From NCBI GenBank assembly GCA_035519555.1, contig DATIWG010000004.1, positions 6,037-70,036 of the forward strand: a stretch of DNA of 64,000 bases. The letters run 5' to 3'. The notes beneath the pieces were generated by a model, which saw only the letters and a program-made list of their open reading frames with translations, was not told the origin of the DNA and searched no databases. Both the position numbers and the translations under genes were made by a program. This document shows, piece by piece, positions 36,815-44,872 of the stretch. The stretch comes from Nitrosotalea sp. (GTDB lineage Bacteria > Methylomirabilota > Methylomirabilia > Rokubacteriales > CSP1-6). Positions within the stretch are counted from its first letter, which is position 1, and every line of letters begins with the position of its first letter.

Positions 36815-36871
36815 GCGACTGCGCTGCCGGCGGGCGGCCTGTCAAGTGATCCGGGCGCCGCGCGACACGGC

Positions 36872-36901
36872 TTGCCTTCGACGGCGCGGCTCGACTATCC
36901 T
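36872..36901 (+). promoter_or_regulatory. Sigma70-type promoter
   Basis: TTGCCT-18 nt-TATCCT, the same hexamers and spacing as 31611-31640. Confidence 0.5.
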
Positions 36902-36957
36902 TCCAGCGCGGTCTGCCGGCCGACGCAGCTCACCGGAAGCTCCCGGGAGGACCCGAG

Positions 36958-38202
36958 ATGAAAGACAATCTCCGATTCGTCGACTCCGACATGCACATCA
37001 TGGAGCCGCCCGACCTCTTCGAGCGCTACCTGGATCCGAAGTTCCGGGACCGGGTGGTCCTCCCGATCGGCGCCGACGGGCGACCCAAGCGGGGGAACAT
37101 CGTCATCGACGGGCTGCCGACCACGATGGACGCCGAGCTGCAGCAGTACCGCAAGCGGGGCCGCGCCGGGGCCGCCGGGGCGCACAGCACGCAGCCCCTC
37201 TCCGGTTCGCGCCTGCAGTCCACCAATCGGCTCGACTTCGCCATCGAGCGCAACTACGACCCGGAGGCGCAGGTGATGGGGATGGCGATCGAGGGGGTCG
37301 ACATCGCGGTCCTCTACCCGACCACCGGGCTCAGCTTGCTCGCGCGCGACGGCATGGATCCGCGGCTGTCGCTGGCACTCTGCCAGGCCTACAACAACTG
37401 GATCCACGAATTCTGCCGGTACAGCCCCGAGCGGTTGAAGTTCGTCGCCATGCTGCCCATCCACGACGTGCACCTCGCCTGCCGCGAGCTGCTCCGCTGC
37501 GTTCGCGAGCTGGGGGCGGTCGGGTCCTTCATCCGGCCCAATCTCGTGAACGGCCACTACTGGCACTCCAACTACTGGGATCCGCTCTACAGCCTGCACG
37601 AGGAGCTGGACGTCGCGTGGGGCTTCCACGAGGGCACCGGCGCCTGGTACTCGCACATGAACGTGCTCTACGGCGAGAATCGCTTCTACCGCCACGTGGC
37701 CAGCCACTGGATCGAGATGCAGCAGGCGCTGATCGCCATGATCATCGGCGGGGTGTTCGAGTTCCATCCGCGGCTGCGCGTGGGCTTTCTCGAGGCTCAG
37801 AACTCGTGGGTGCCCGGGCTGCTCTCGCGGATCGAGTGGGATTATCCGCAGTACCGCGACACGCACGCCCCCTACCTCGCCCTCACCCCGAAGGAGTACT
37901 TCCGGCGCAACTGCTGGGCCGCGGTGGAGGGCAGCGAGCCGGAGATCGAGGCGACCGCCGGGCTGATCGGGGCGGACCGCATGTGCGTCTCCACCGACTA
38001 TCCTCACTTCGACTCGAACTTCCCGTACGTATCGGACAACGTGCTGAAGAGCTGCTCGCGCGAGACCGCCGCGCAGATCCTGATGGGCGGTGCCCACCTC
38101 TACGGGATCACCGAGGCCGACTTCGGGAAGGCGGCCGCGGCCGTCGCGGCCTCGTCGGCTCCCGCTCCGGACAGCCGCCGCCGGGTGGCGGTCTCGGGGT
38201 AG
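36958..38202 (+). CDS. Amidohydrolase_2 family protein (hydratase/decarboxylase type)
   Basis: DSDMHIMEP, AYNNWI, GFHEG, GFLEA, STDYPHFD. Confidence 0.88.
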   Translation: MKDNLRFVDSDMHIMEPPDLFERYLDPKFRDRVVLPIGADGRPKRGNIVIDGLPTTMDAELQQYRKRGRAGAAGAHSTQPLSGSRLQSTNRLDFAIERNYDPEAQVMGMAIEGVDIAVLYPTTGLSLLARDGMDPRLSLALCQAYNNWIHEFCRYSPERLKFVAMLPIHDVHLACRELLRCVRELGAVGSFIRPNLVNGHYWHSNYWDPLYSLHEELDVAWGFHEGTGAWYSHMNVLYGENRFYRHVASHWIEMQQALIAMIIGGVFEFHPRLRVGFLEAQNSWVPGLLSRIEWDYPQYRDTHAPYLALTPKEYFRRNCWAAVEGSEPEIEATAGLIGADRMCVSTDYPHFDSNFPYVSDNVLKSCSRETAAQILMGGAHLYGITEADFGKAAAAVAASSAPAPDSRRRVAVSG

Positions 38203-38270
38203 AGGCGGGTGGACCATATGTGCTACATCGACAGGACCGCTCCCGCGAGCGAGCCCGAGAGGAGCCTACA

Positions 38271-39350
38271 ATGAAAGCTGCCATGTTCCACGGTCCGCAT
38301 CAGCCGCTGACGATCGAGGAGGTCGACATCGACAAGCCCATCGGCCGCGAGGTGCTGGTGCGCACCGTCGCCTCCGGGGTCTGTCACAGCGATCTGCATT
38401 TCGTGGACGGACTCTATCCGTTCCCGACCCCCGCCATTCTCGGCCACGAGGCCGCCGGCATCGTGGAGGCGGTCGGCCTGCAGGTGAGCGAGTTCAAGCC
38501 GGGCGATCACGTCATCGCGTGCCTGTCCGTCTTCTGCGGCCACTGCGACTACTGTCTGACCGGCCGGACGCACCTCTGCCAGACGCGCCCGGTGCGAGCC
38601 AAGACGGATCCGCCCAAGCTCTCGTGGAAGGGCCAGCCGGTGAACCAGTTCGCCAACCTCTCCGCCTATGCGGAGAAGATGCTGGTGCACGAGAACGCGC
38701 TGGTGAAGATCGACGACTCCATGCCGCTGGACCGCGCGGCCCTGATCGGCTGCGGGGTCACCACCGGGGTGGGCGCGGTGCTCAACACCGCGCGCATCGA
38801 GCCCGGCTCCACCGTCGCGGTGTTCGGCGCGGGCGGGGTCGGCCTGGCCGCGGTGCAGGGCGCCCGCATCGCGGGGGCGCGCATGATCATCGCGGTCGAT
38901 ACCGTCGACTCCAAGCTGGTGAAGGCGAAGGAGCTCGGGGCGACCCACGGGGTCAACGCCAAGGCCGGCGACGCGGTGAAGGCCATCCGCGACCTGACCG
39001 GCGGCGGCGTGGACTACTCGTTCGAGTGCATCGGTCTCAAGATCGCGGCCGAGCAGTGCTTCGACTGCATCCGGCCCGGGGGTACCGCCACCGTGGTCGG
39101 CATGATCCCGGTCGGGCAGAAGGTCGAGCTCGACGGCCCCATGTTCCTGCGCGAGAAGAAGATCCAGGGCTGCAGCATGGGCAGTAACCGCTTCAAGGTC
39201 GACATGCCACGCTACATCGAGCTGTACCGGCAGGGCCGGCTCATGCTCGACGAGATGATTACACGCCGCGGCAAGCTCGAGGACGTCAACGAGGCCTTCC
39301 GGGCCATGAAGGCGGGCGAGGTCTCGCGCACCGTCCTGATGCTGGGCTGA
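38271..39350 (+). CDS. Zn-dependent alcohol dehydrogenase
   Basis: GVCHSD, LGHEAAG, CGHCDYC, IGCGVTTGVG, GAGGVG. Confidence 0.92.
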   Translation: MKAAMFHGPHQPLTIEEVDIDKPIGREVLVRTVASGVCHSDLHFVDGLYPFPTPAILGHEAAGIVEAVGLQVSEFKPGDHVIACLSVFCGHCDYCLTGRTHLCQTRPVRAKTDPPKLSWKGQPVNQFANLSAYAEKMLVHENALVKIDDSMPLDRAALIGCGVTTGVGAVLNTARIEPGSTVAVFGAGGVGLAAVQGARIAGARMIIAVDTVDSKLVKAKELGATHGVNAKAGDAVKAIRDLTGGGVDYSFECIGLKIAAEQCFDCIRPGGTATVVGMIPVGQKVELDGPMFLREKKIQGCSMGSNRFKVDMPRYIELYRQGRLMLDEMITRRGKLEDVNEAFRAMKAGEVSRTVLMLG

Positions 39351-39362
39351 GCCGCCGCCGTC

Positions 39363-39413
39363 GCCGCCCGGGTCGGGGTCTCCCGCGGAAGCGGGGCCTC
39401 GATGCCGGGCGGC
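39363..39413. terminator. GC-rich imperfect hairpin between convergent genes (terminator- or REP-like)
   Basis: GCCGCCCGG...CCGGGCGGC outer stem; inner CCCGC-GGAA-GCGGG; no U-tract. Confidence 0.4.
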
Positions 39414-39423
39414 TCCTCGGTCG

Positions 39424-39993
39424 TTATCGTGCTCCGGCCGGGCCCTGCCGATCCCGAACGACGCAGAAGCCCTGGGCCTCGATGCCGAGCGGCACGTTGA
39501 GCTTGCTGCGAAAGTTCTCCAGGGCCACCGCGGCGGTGAGCTCGACGATCTGCCCCTCGTCGAGGAACGACCGCAGCCGGGCGAAGAGCTCGTCGCTCAC
39601 CCGCTGCCCGGTGATGGTCATGACCTCCGCGTACTCGAGCGCGGCCCGTTCGACCGGCGAGAAGCGCCGGCTCTCTCGCCAGGTCGGCACCTCGGCCACC
39701 TTGGCCTCGTCCGCCCCCGCCTGCATCCCCCGGGATGCGTTGATGTCGATTCAGAACGGACAGCCGTTGATCAGGGCGACGCGCAGGTAGACCAGCGGCA
39801 GCAGCGGGGCGGACAGCCTCCCCGACCGCTCGATGGAGGCCCCGAGCTGCTTGGCCGCCTTCAAAATAGGCGGACAGTGGGCCAGGACCTTGGTGGTGTT
39901 CAGCAGTGTGCCGAAGATCCCGCGCTCCTTGTCGAAGACGTCCTTCAGGATCGGGTCGCCGGCGTCGTCCTCGATCTCGCGGACCCTCGGCAT
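39424..39993 (-). CDS. AhpD/carboxymuconolactone decarboxylase family protein, probable selenoprotein (CPFU, 189 aa)
   Basis: Two in-frame ORFs are separated only by TGA at 39751-39753: RVALINGCPF*IDINASRG...FSPVERAALEYAE...DEGQIVELT....ENFRSKLN. The TGA sits at the second Cys of the CxxC motif and is followed by a hairpin. Confidence 0.8.
39723..39750 (-). promoter_or_regulatory. Putative bacterial SECIS element
   Basis: mRNA after UGA: 12 nt, then stem GCAUCC, loop CGGG, stem GGAUGC; the loop starts 19 nt after UGA with G in its second position. Confidence 0.65.
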
Positions 39994-39997
39994 CGGG

Positions 39998-40477
39998 CTA
40001 CCCGCCGACCGTCTTCCGGATGCTGCCGAGGTGATCGGTGATGTGGTTGATCAGGATGCCCTCGACGACCTGCTGGGTGGTCATGGCCGGCATGCCCGTC
40101 AGCACGGTGCCGCTCCGGGCCAGCTCGACGTCGGAGAGCCCCCGCACCGTCGCCGCCGCCGCGGCGACCCCCTTCTGATGAAGGGTCAGGGTCTCGGCCT
40201 TGGTGCAGCCGGCGTGCTCCTTGGCGTGCTTGGCGTTCATCTCGTCGAGCATGGCCCCGGTGAAGTTGGGGATCGACTGGCCGGACGCGATGGTCTTCAC
40301 GATGCCGGCGATCGGTTCGTGGGCGCCGGCCACGTGGTGCGCGGTGACGCCCACGGACCACTGCTCGGCGGCGGTGACCTTCTTCCAGTCGGCATCCGAG
40401 AGCTTCCCGAGTGCGGCGGTCATCTCGGCGGCCTTGGCCTCGAACTGCTTGGCGAGCGACTCAGCGCGTGCGCCCAT
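39998..40477 (-). CDS. DinB-like protein
   Basis: GGAGG RBS; WSVGVTAHHVA and C-terminal NHITDH metal-binding His pattern. Confidence 0.75.
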   Translation of the reverse strand: MGARAESLAKQFEAKAAEMTAALGKLSDADWKKVTAAEQWSVGVTAHHVAGAHEPIAGIVKTIASGQSIPNFTGAMLDEMNAKHAKEHAGCTKAETLTLHQKGVAAAAATVRGLSDVELARSGTVLTGMPAMTTQQVVEGILINHITDHLGSIRKTVGG

Positions 40478-40517
40478 GGAGGTCCTCCTCGCGGTTGGGG
40501 TTCTGAAATCGCCTCGA

Positions 40518-40550
40518 AGTATACACAGGCGAACCGCGTCATTCTATAAT
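40518..40550. promoter_or_regulatory. Back-to-back -10 elements of divergent promoters
   Basis: TATACT on minus (40518-40523) toward the DinB gene; TATAAT on plus (40545-40550) toward the small ORF and uup. Confidence 0.45.
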
Positions 40551-40594
40551 CACGCCCAGCATCCTCACGCGTACCGCGAAAGGGGGTGAGGCAG

Positions 40595-40654
40595 ATGGCC
40601 AAGGGCCGGAGCATGCAGAAGGAAAAGAAGAAGCCGAAGAAGACGAAGAAGTAG
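40595..40654 (+). CDS. 19-aa Lys-rich peptide MAKGRSMQKEKKKPKKTKK
   Basis: Strong RBS GGGGGTGAGG; ATG...TAG; 6 bp before uup. Confidence 0.65.
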   Translation: MAKGRSMQKEKKKPKKTKK

Positions 40655-40660
40655 CGCCGC

Positions 40661-42469
40661 GTGACCCGTTCGCTGCTCCTGAGCTGTGAAGCGGTCGGCA
40701 AGGCCTACGGCACCCGGTCCCTCTTCGAGGGGCTGTCGTTCGGGCTCTTCGAAGGGGATCAGGTGGGCCTCGTGGGGCCGAACGGTGCTGGCAAGTCGAC
40801 CTTGCTGAGGATCCTGGCCGGGATCGAGCCGCCGGACCGCGGACGACGCTCGCTCCGGAGCGGCGTCCGGATCGGCTACGTCCCTCAGGACCCCGTCTAT
40901 CCCGACGGCGGGACCGTCGAGGACGTCGTGGCCGCCTCCCTGGTCGGCCTCGACGAGGCGGAGAGGCCGGCCCGGATCGCCCAGGCGCTCGGGCGCGCCG
41001 GCTTCGCGGATGGCCGCGGAGAGGTGGCCGCGCTCTCGGGCGGCTGGCGCAAGCGCCTCGCGATCGCCCGCGAGCTGGCCGCGGAGCCGGACATCCTCCT
41101 GATGGACGAGCCCACCAACCATCTCGACGTCGAGGGCATCCTCTGGCTCGAGGCGCTGCTGGAGGAGCGGGCGCGCGCCTGCCTCGTGGTCAGCCACGAC
41201 CGGTACTTCCTCGAGCACGTGGCCACCCGCATGCTCGAGGTAAGCCGCGTCTACCCCACGGGTCTCTTCGAGACCGACGGGAGCTACAGCGAGTTCCTGG
41301 CCCGCCGCGACGAGTTCCTGCGGGGCCAGGCCGCCTACGAGGATTCGCTGGCCAACACGGTGCGGCGCGAGATGGAATGGCTGCGTCGCGGGGCCAAGGC
41401 GCGCTCGACGAAGGCGAAGGGCCGCATCAAGGAAGCGGGCCGCCTGATCGAGGAGCTGCGCGACTCCCGCGCGCGTGGTGCCACGCGGACCGCCGACATC
41501 GACTTCACCGCCTCCGGCCGCCAGACCCGCAGGCTCCTGGTCGCCCGGGGTCTCGCGAAATCGCTCGGGGGCCGGCCGCTCGTGCGCGATCTCGATCTCA
41601 CGATCACGCCGGGTACGCGCATCGGGCTGATGGGACCGAACGGCAGCGGGAAAACCACGCTGCTCAACCTGCTCGCGGGCACGCTCCAGCCGGATGCGGG
41701 CGTGATCGAGCGCGCCGACGGCCTGCGCATCGTACGCTTCGAGCAGGAGCGACCGGGGCTCGATCCCGACCAGTCGCTGCGGCGGGCGCTCGCTCCCGAG
41801 GGGGACTCCGTGCATTTCCAGGGGCGGATCGTTCACGTCGCGGCCTGGGCCAAGCGGTTCCTGTTCCCGGTCGAGCACCTCGAGGTGCCGGTCGGGCGGC
41901 TGTCGGGCGGCGAGCAGGCCCGCATCCACATCGCGCGCCTGATGCGGGAGCCCGCGGACCTGCTGATCCTCGACGAGCCCACCAACGATCTCGACATCCC
42001 GACGCTCGACGTGCTCGAGGAGAGCCTGGTCTCGTTCGAGGGCGGGCTGGTGCTCGTCACCCACGACCGCTTCATGCTCGACCGCATCGCCACCGTCATC
42101 GTGGCGCTGGACGGACGGGGCGGGGCGGAGACGTTCGCGGACTACGCGCAGTGGGAGGCCGCGCGGGCTCTCGCCCCGAAGCCCGGGCCCCTCCCTCTGC
42201 CCTCTCCCCAGAGGGCAGAGGGAGGAGAGAAGAGAAGGAGCAAGAAGCTCGGGTATCTGGAGCAGCGCGAGTGGGAGGGGATGGAAGGAGCGATCCTGGA
42301 GGCGGAGGCCGCGCTCGAGAGGTACCGGCGGGCCGCCGAGGATCCGAGCATCGCGTCGGATCCGGCCGCGTTGCAGGAGCGCTATGCGGCGCTGGAGGCC
42401 GCCCGCGCGGAAGTGGACCGTCTGTACACCCGCTGGGCGGAGCTCGAAGCCAAAGGAGACCTACGATGA
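40661..42469 (+). CDS. uup: ABC-F family ATPase, Uup-like
   Basis: Two ABC cassettes (GPNGAGKS, LSGGWRKR, DEPTNHLD; GPNGSGKT, LSGGEQAR, DEPTNDLD), linker WLRRGAKARSTK, C-terminal coiled coil KLGYLEQRE...YTRWAELE. Confidence 0.9.
   Translation: MTRSLLLSCEAVGKAYGTRSLFEGLSFGLFEGDQVGLVGPNGAGKSTLLRILAGIEPPDRGRRSLRSGVRIGYVPQDPVYPDGGTVEDVVAASLVGLDEAERPARIAQALGRAGFADGRGEVAALSGGWRKRLAIARELAAEPDILLMDEPTNHLDVEGILWLEALLEERARACLVVSHDRYFLEHVATRMLEVSRVYPTGLFETDGSYSEFLARRDEFLRGQAAYEDSLANTVRREMEWLRRGAKARSTKAKGRIKEAGRLIEELRDSRARGATRTADIDFTASGRQTRRLLVARGLAKSLGGRPLVRDLDLTITPGTRIGLMGPNGSGKTTLLNLLAGTLQPDAGVIERADGLRIVRFEQERPGLDPDQSLRRALAPEGDSVHFQGRIVHVAAWAKRFLFPVEHLEVPVGRLSGGEQARIHIARLMREPADLLILDEPTNDLDIPTLDVLEESLVSFEGGLVLVTHDRFMLDRIATVIVALDGRGGAETFADYAQWEAARALAPKPGPLPLPSPQRAEGGEKRRSKKLGYLEQREWEGMEGAILEAEAALERYRRAAEDPSIASDPAALQERYAALEAARAEVDRLYTRWAELEAKGDLR
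42190..42225. repeat. Perfect 16-bp inverted repeat with 4-nt loop, in frame inside uup
   Basis: CCTCCCTCTGCCCTCT-CCCC-AGAGGGCAGAGGGAGG, encoding roughly PLPLPSPQRAEGG. Confidence 0.85.
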
Positions 42470-42756
42470 CCGATGCGCTGGCGGTGCCCACGGTGAAAAT
42501 CGACAACGCGCAAGTGCGGGTGACCGAGTGGCGCTTCGCGCCGGGCGCGCACACTGGCCATCACCGGCACGAGCTCGCCTACGTGGTGGTCCCGCTCACC
42601 ACCGGATCGCTCGTCCTGACCACCGCGGCCGGCGAGACCGTCGGCGCGCTACGCGCGGGCGATCCCTACTACCGCGACGCAGGCGCCGAGCACGACGTGC
42701 GCAACGCAAACGCCTTTGAATTCACGTTCATCGAGATCGAGCTGAAGCCGATGTGA
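42466..42756 (+). CDS. Cupin domain protein
   Basis: ATGA overlap; DNAQVRVTEWRFAPGAHTGHHRH...VVVP, EHDVRN, FIEIE. Confidence 0.82.
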   Translation: MTDALAVPTVKIDNAQVRVTEWRFAPGAHTGHHRHELAYVVVPLTTGSLVLTTAAGETVGALRAGDPYYRDAGAEHDVRNANAFEFTFIEIELKPM

Positions 42757-42893
42757 CGTGCTATCGTAGGTAGTGCCTTCCTCTGGGCCCCTCAGGGTGG
42801 CGCTGCGGGCGCCGAGGCCCACCGGCATCTGGCTCGACCTCCTCTATCCGGCACAGTCATTTCCGTGCGCGCGATCGTTCCTGAGGGAGCATC

Positions 42894-43034
42894 ATGAGCA
42901 AGCCGCCCGGAGTCTTCGTTCTGCTGGTCACCGCGGTCACCGGATTCAGTAGCCATCTCGTGGGACTCTGCGCGGCGGGCCGGGATCGCCTGATGGGGCG
43001 GCCGCGCCCGAAGAGCCGGCCCGTGAAGAGGTGA
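42894..43034 (+). CDS. Hypothetical 46-aa protein
   Basis: GAGGGAG RBS; hydrophobic N-half, basic C-half. Confidence 0.35.
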   Translation: MSKPPGVFVLLVTAVTGFSSHLVGLCAAGRDRLMGRPRPKSRPVKR

Positions 43035-43038
43035 GCGC

Positions 43039-43347
43039 TTGATCTCGAACGGCCCGGCCGCGGTCTACACCGTCGCCGACTTCGTGCGGCGAGTGGTCGA
43101 TAGCCTTCTTCGCGGCGATTGCCGGGGCATGTTCCTGTGCGCCCGCTGCCTGGTCAAGCTGACGCGGGATCACCTCGACAAGAGCTATTCGAAGACGGAC
43201 ATCACCCAGGTCATGGACGAGATCTTCAACGCCCCCGGCGCGCTCACCTACCTGGCCGCGTCGGCCTGCGGGGCCTGTGGCCGGAAAAAGGCCCCCTGTC
43301 TCGGCGTGGCGCCTCAGGCCCAGCCCCAGCCCCGGGCACATCCCTGA
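43039..43347 (+). CDS. Small Cys-rich hypothetical protein (putative Zn finger)
   Basis: FLCARC...ACGACGRKKAPC; GAGG upstream of the TTG start. Confidence 0.65.
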   Translation: MISNGPAAVYTVADFVRRVVDSLLRGDCRGMFLCARCLVKLTRDHLDKSYSKTDITQVMDEIFNAPGALTYLAASACGACGRKKAPCLGVAPQAQPQPRAHP

Positions 43348-43574
43348 TGTGCGTCTACTGCCTGGAGGACTCGGGCTGCGAGCACGAGCGCGATTCGTGC
43401 GCGGCCAGCGGTGGCGATCGGTGTGCTCAGTGCGGACACACGTCGAGCGCGAGGCCCTGGCAGCCCCCCGCGTTTCCCGGACCGGGACCGCGCTGGAGTC
43501 GACCCAAGCCCCGGCCGGCGAGGAATCGATCCACGAGAGCGCCCAGCCCGGGGAGCCGCCGGGCCGCTCCCTGA
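43347..43574 (+). CDS. Small Cys/His-rich hypothetical protein
   Basis: TGATG coupling; MCVYC...GCEHE...C...RCAQCGH. Confidence 0.5.
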   Translation: MCVYCLEDSGCEHERDSCAASGGDRCAQCGHTSSARPWQPPAFPGPGPRWSRPKPRPARNRSTRAPSPGSRRAAP

Positions 43575-43580
43575 TCGGCG

Positions 43581-43793
43581 CTACTTCCGATCCGCGATCA
43601 TCTGATCCTTGATCTCGGCGACGAATAGCGACAGGGTCAGCGGGCAGGGCGGCTTGTTGACGTCGACGTACTGACAGTCCTTCTCGCTGCAACGAACGAA
43701 GAGGCGACTCCGCCCGTCCCGCGAGCTGCTCCGGCGCAGGGTGATCGAGACCGCGTCGGACACCACGCTGCAGGAGAAGGACTTCGACGGCAT
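43581..43793 (-). CDS. Small Cys-containing hypothetical protein (70 aa)
   Basis: MPSKSFSCSVV...VRCSEKDCQYV...PPCPL. Confidence 0.55.
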   Translation of the reverse strand: MPSKSFSCSVVSDAVSITLRRSSSRDGRSRLFVRCSEKDCQYVDVNKPPCPLTLSLFVAEIKDQMIADRK

Positions 43794-43928
43794 CCGACTC
43801 ACCCGGGCTCCTTCGTTCGAGGATGGCTCGTGAACTGCGGGGCGAGGGCGATGGGGGATAGCAGGGACGCGCTGGCCTGCCACTGTCTTCCGCGAAGACG
43901 ACCGCAGTATACATGATCCGGCCGCGGG

Positions 43929-44813
43929 TCAGCGCCGGGCGCCCACGATCGAGCGCAGCACCTCGATGATCGCGGAGTTGTCCGAGTCGCCGAGGCCGGC
44001 GGCCACGCCGGCCAGGAGCAGCTGCCGGTGGAGCGCGGTGGCCATCAGCGGCGCGCCGGCGGCGTGTCCGACCTCCAGCATGAGCTCGACGTCCTTGAGA
44101 TGCTGCGCGAGCTTGCCCTCCGCCTCGAAGCGTCCCTCGAGCATGCGCTCGCCCTTGATGTCCATCGCCCGCGAGTAGGCGGCACTGTCCTGGAGAACCG
44201 CGAGCAGGGCCTTGCCGTCGAGGCCCTGGCGCAGCCCGAACAGCAGACCCTCGGCGAGCGCGAGGCGGTTGAGCCCGAGCACCAGGTTGATGACGAGCTT
44301 GGCGCGCGCTCCTGCGCCACTCGGGCCGATGTGATGCACGCGCTCGCTGATCGCCTCCAGGACCGGACGGCAGCGGGCGAAGACCTCGGGATCGCCGCCC
44401 ACCACCACCGGCGCCTCGCGCCGGCGTGCCTGACCGCTCGACCCGCCCACCGGTGCGTCGAGCATCGGGATCCCGCGACGGCCGAGCTCGTCGGCGAGCG
44501 CGGCGGAGGCGTCCGGGTGAATGGTGCTGCAGTCGATCACCGCGATCCCGCGCCCGGCCGCCTCGATCGCCCCGTCCGGCCCGAGCAGGACCTCGCGCAC
44601 GATGTCGGCGGTCATCAGGCAGGTCATCACCACGGAGGCGCCCCGGGCGGCATCGGACGGGGAGCGGGCGAGGACCCCGCCCCGCTCGGCGTGCTGCCGC
44701 ATGCGGTCGGGCGCCACGTCGTGGCCGCGGACCGCGAAGCCGGCCCGGATCAGGTTCTCGGCGAGGGCCGATCCCAGCAGGCCCATACCGACCAGCGCGA
44801 TGACCTGACTCAC
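43929..44813 (-). CDS. NAD(P)-dependent oxidoreductase, 3-hydroxyisobutyrate dehydrogenase family
   Basis: VGMGLLG, DCSTI, LDAPVGG, GAGARAKL, KDVEL. Confidence 0.9.
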   Translation of the reverse strand: MSQVIALVGMGLLGSALAENLIRAGFAVRGHDVAPDRMRQHAERGGVLARSPSDAARGASVVMTCLMTADIVREVLLGPDGAIEAAGRGIAVIDCSTIHPDASAALADELGRRGIPMLDAPVGGSSGQARRREAPVVVGGDPEVFARCRPVLEAISERVHHIGPSGAGARAKLVINLVLGLNRLALAEGLLFGLRQGLDGKALLAVLQDSAAYSRAMDIKGERMLEGRFEAEGKLAQHLKDVELMLEVGHAAGAPLMATALHRQLLLAGVAAGLGDSDNSAIIEVLRSIVGARR

Positions 44814-44872
44814 GCGGGGCGCTCGCTCATCCGCTTGCGCACGCTCATCGGTCGACTACTATATGGCTCGCG

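Noticed and set aside
39424-39726. Treating the AhpD halves as two genes or a simple pseudogene
   Set aside because: Not preferred, because the stop lies exactly at the redox Cys position and is followed by a SECIS-like hairpin. It cannot be fully excluded without sel genes.
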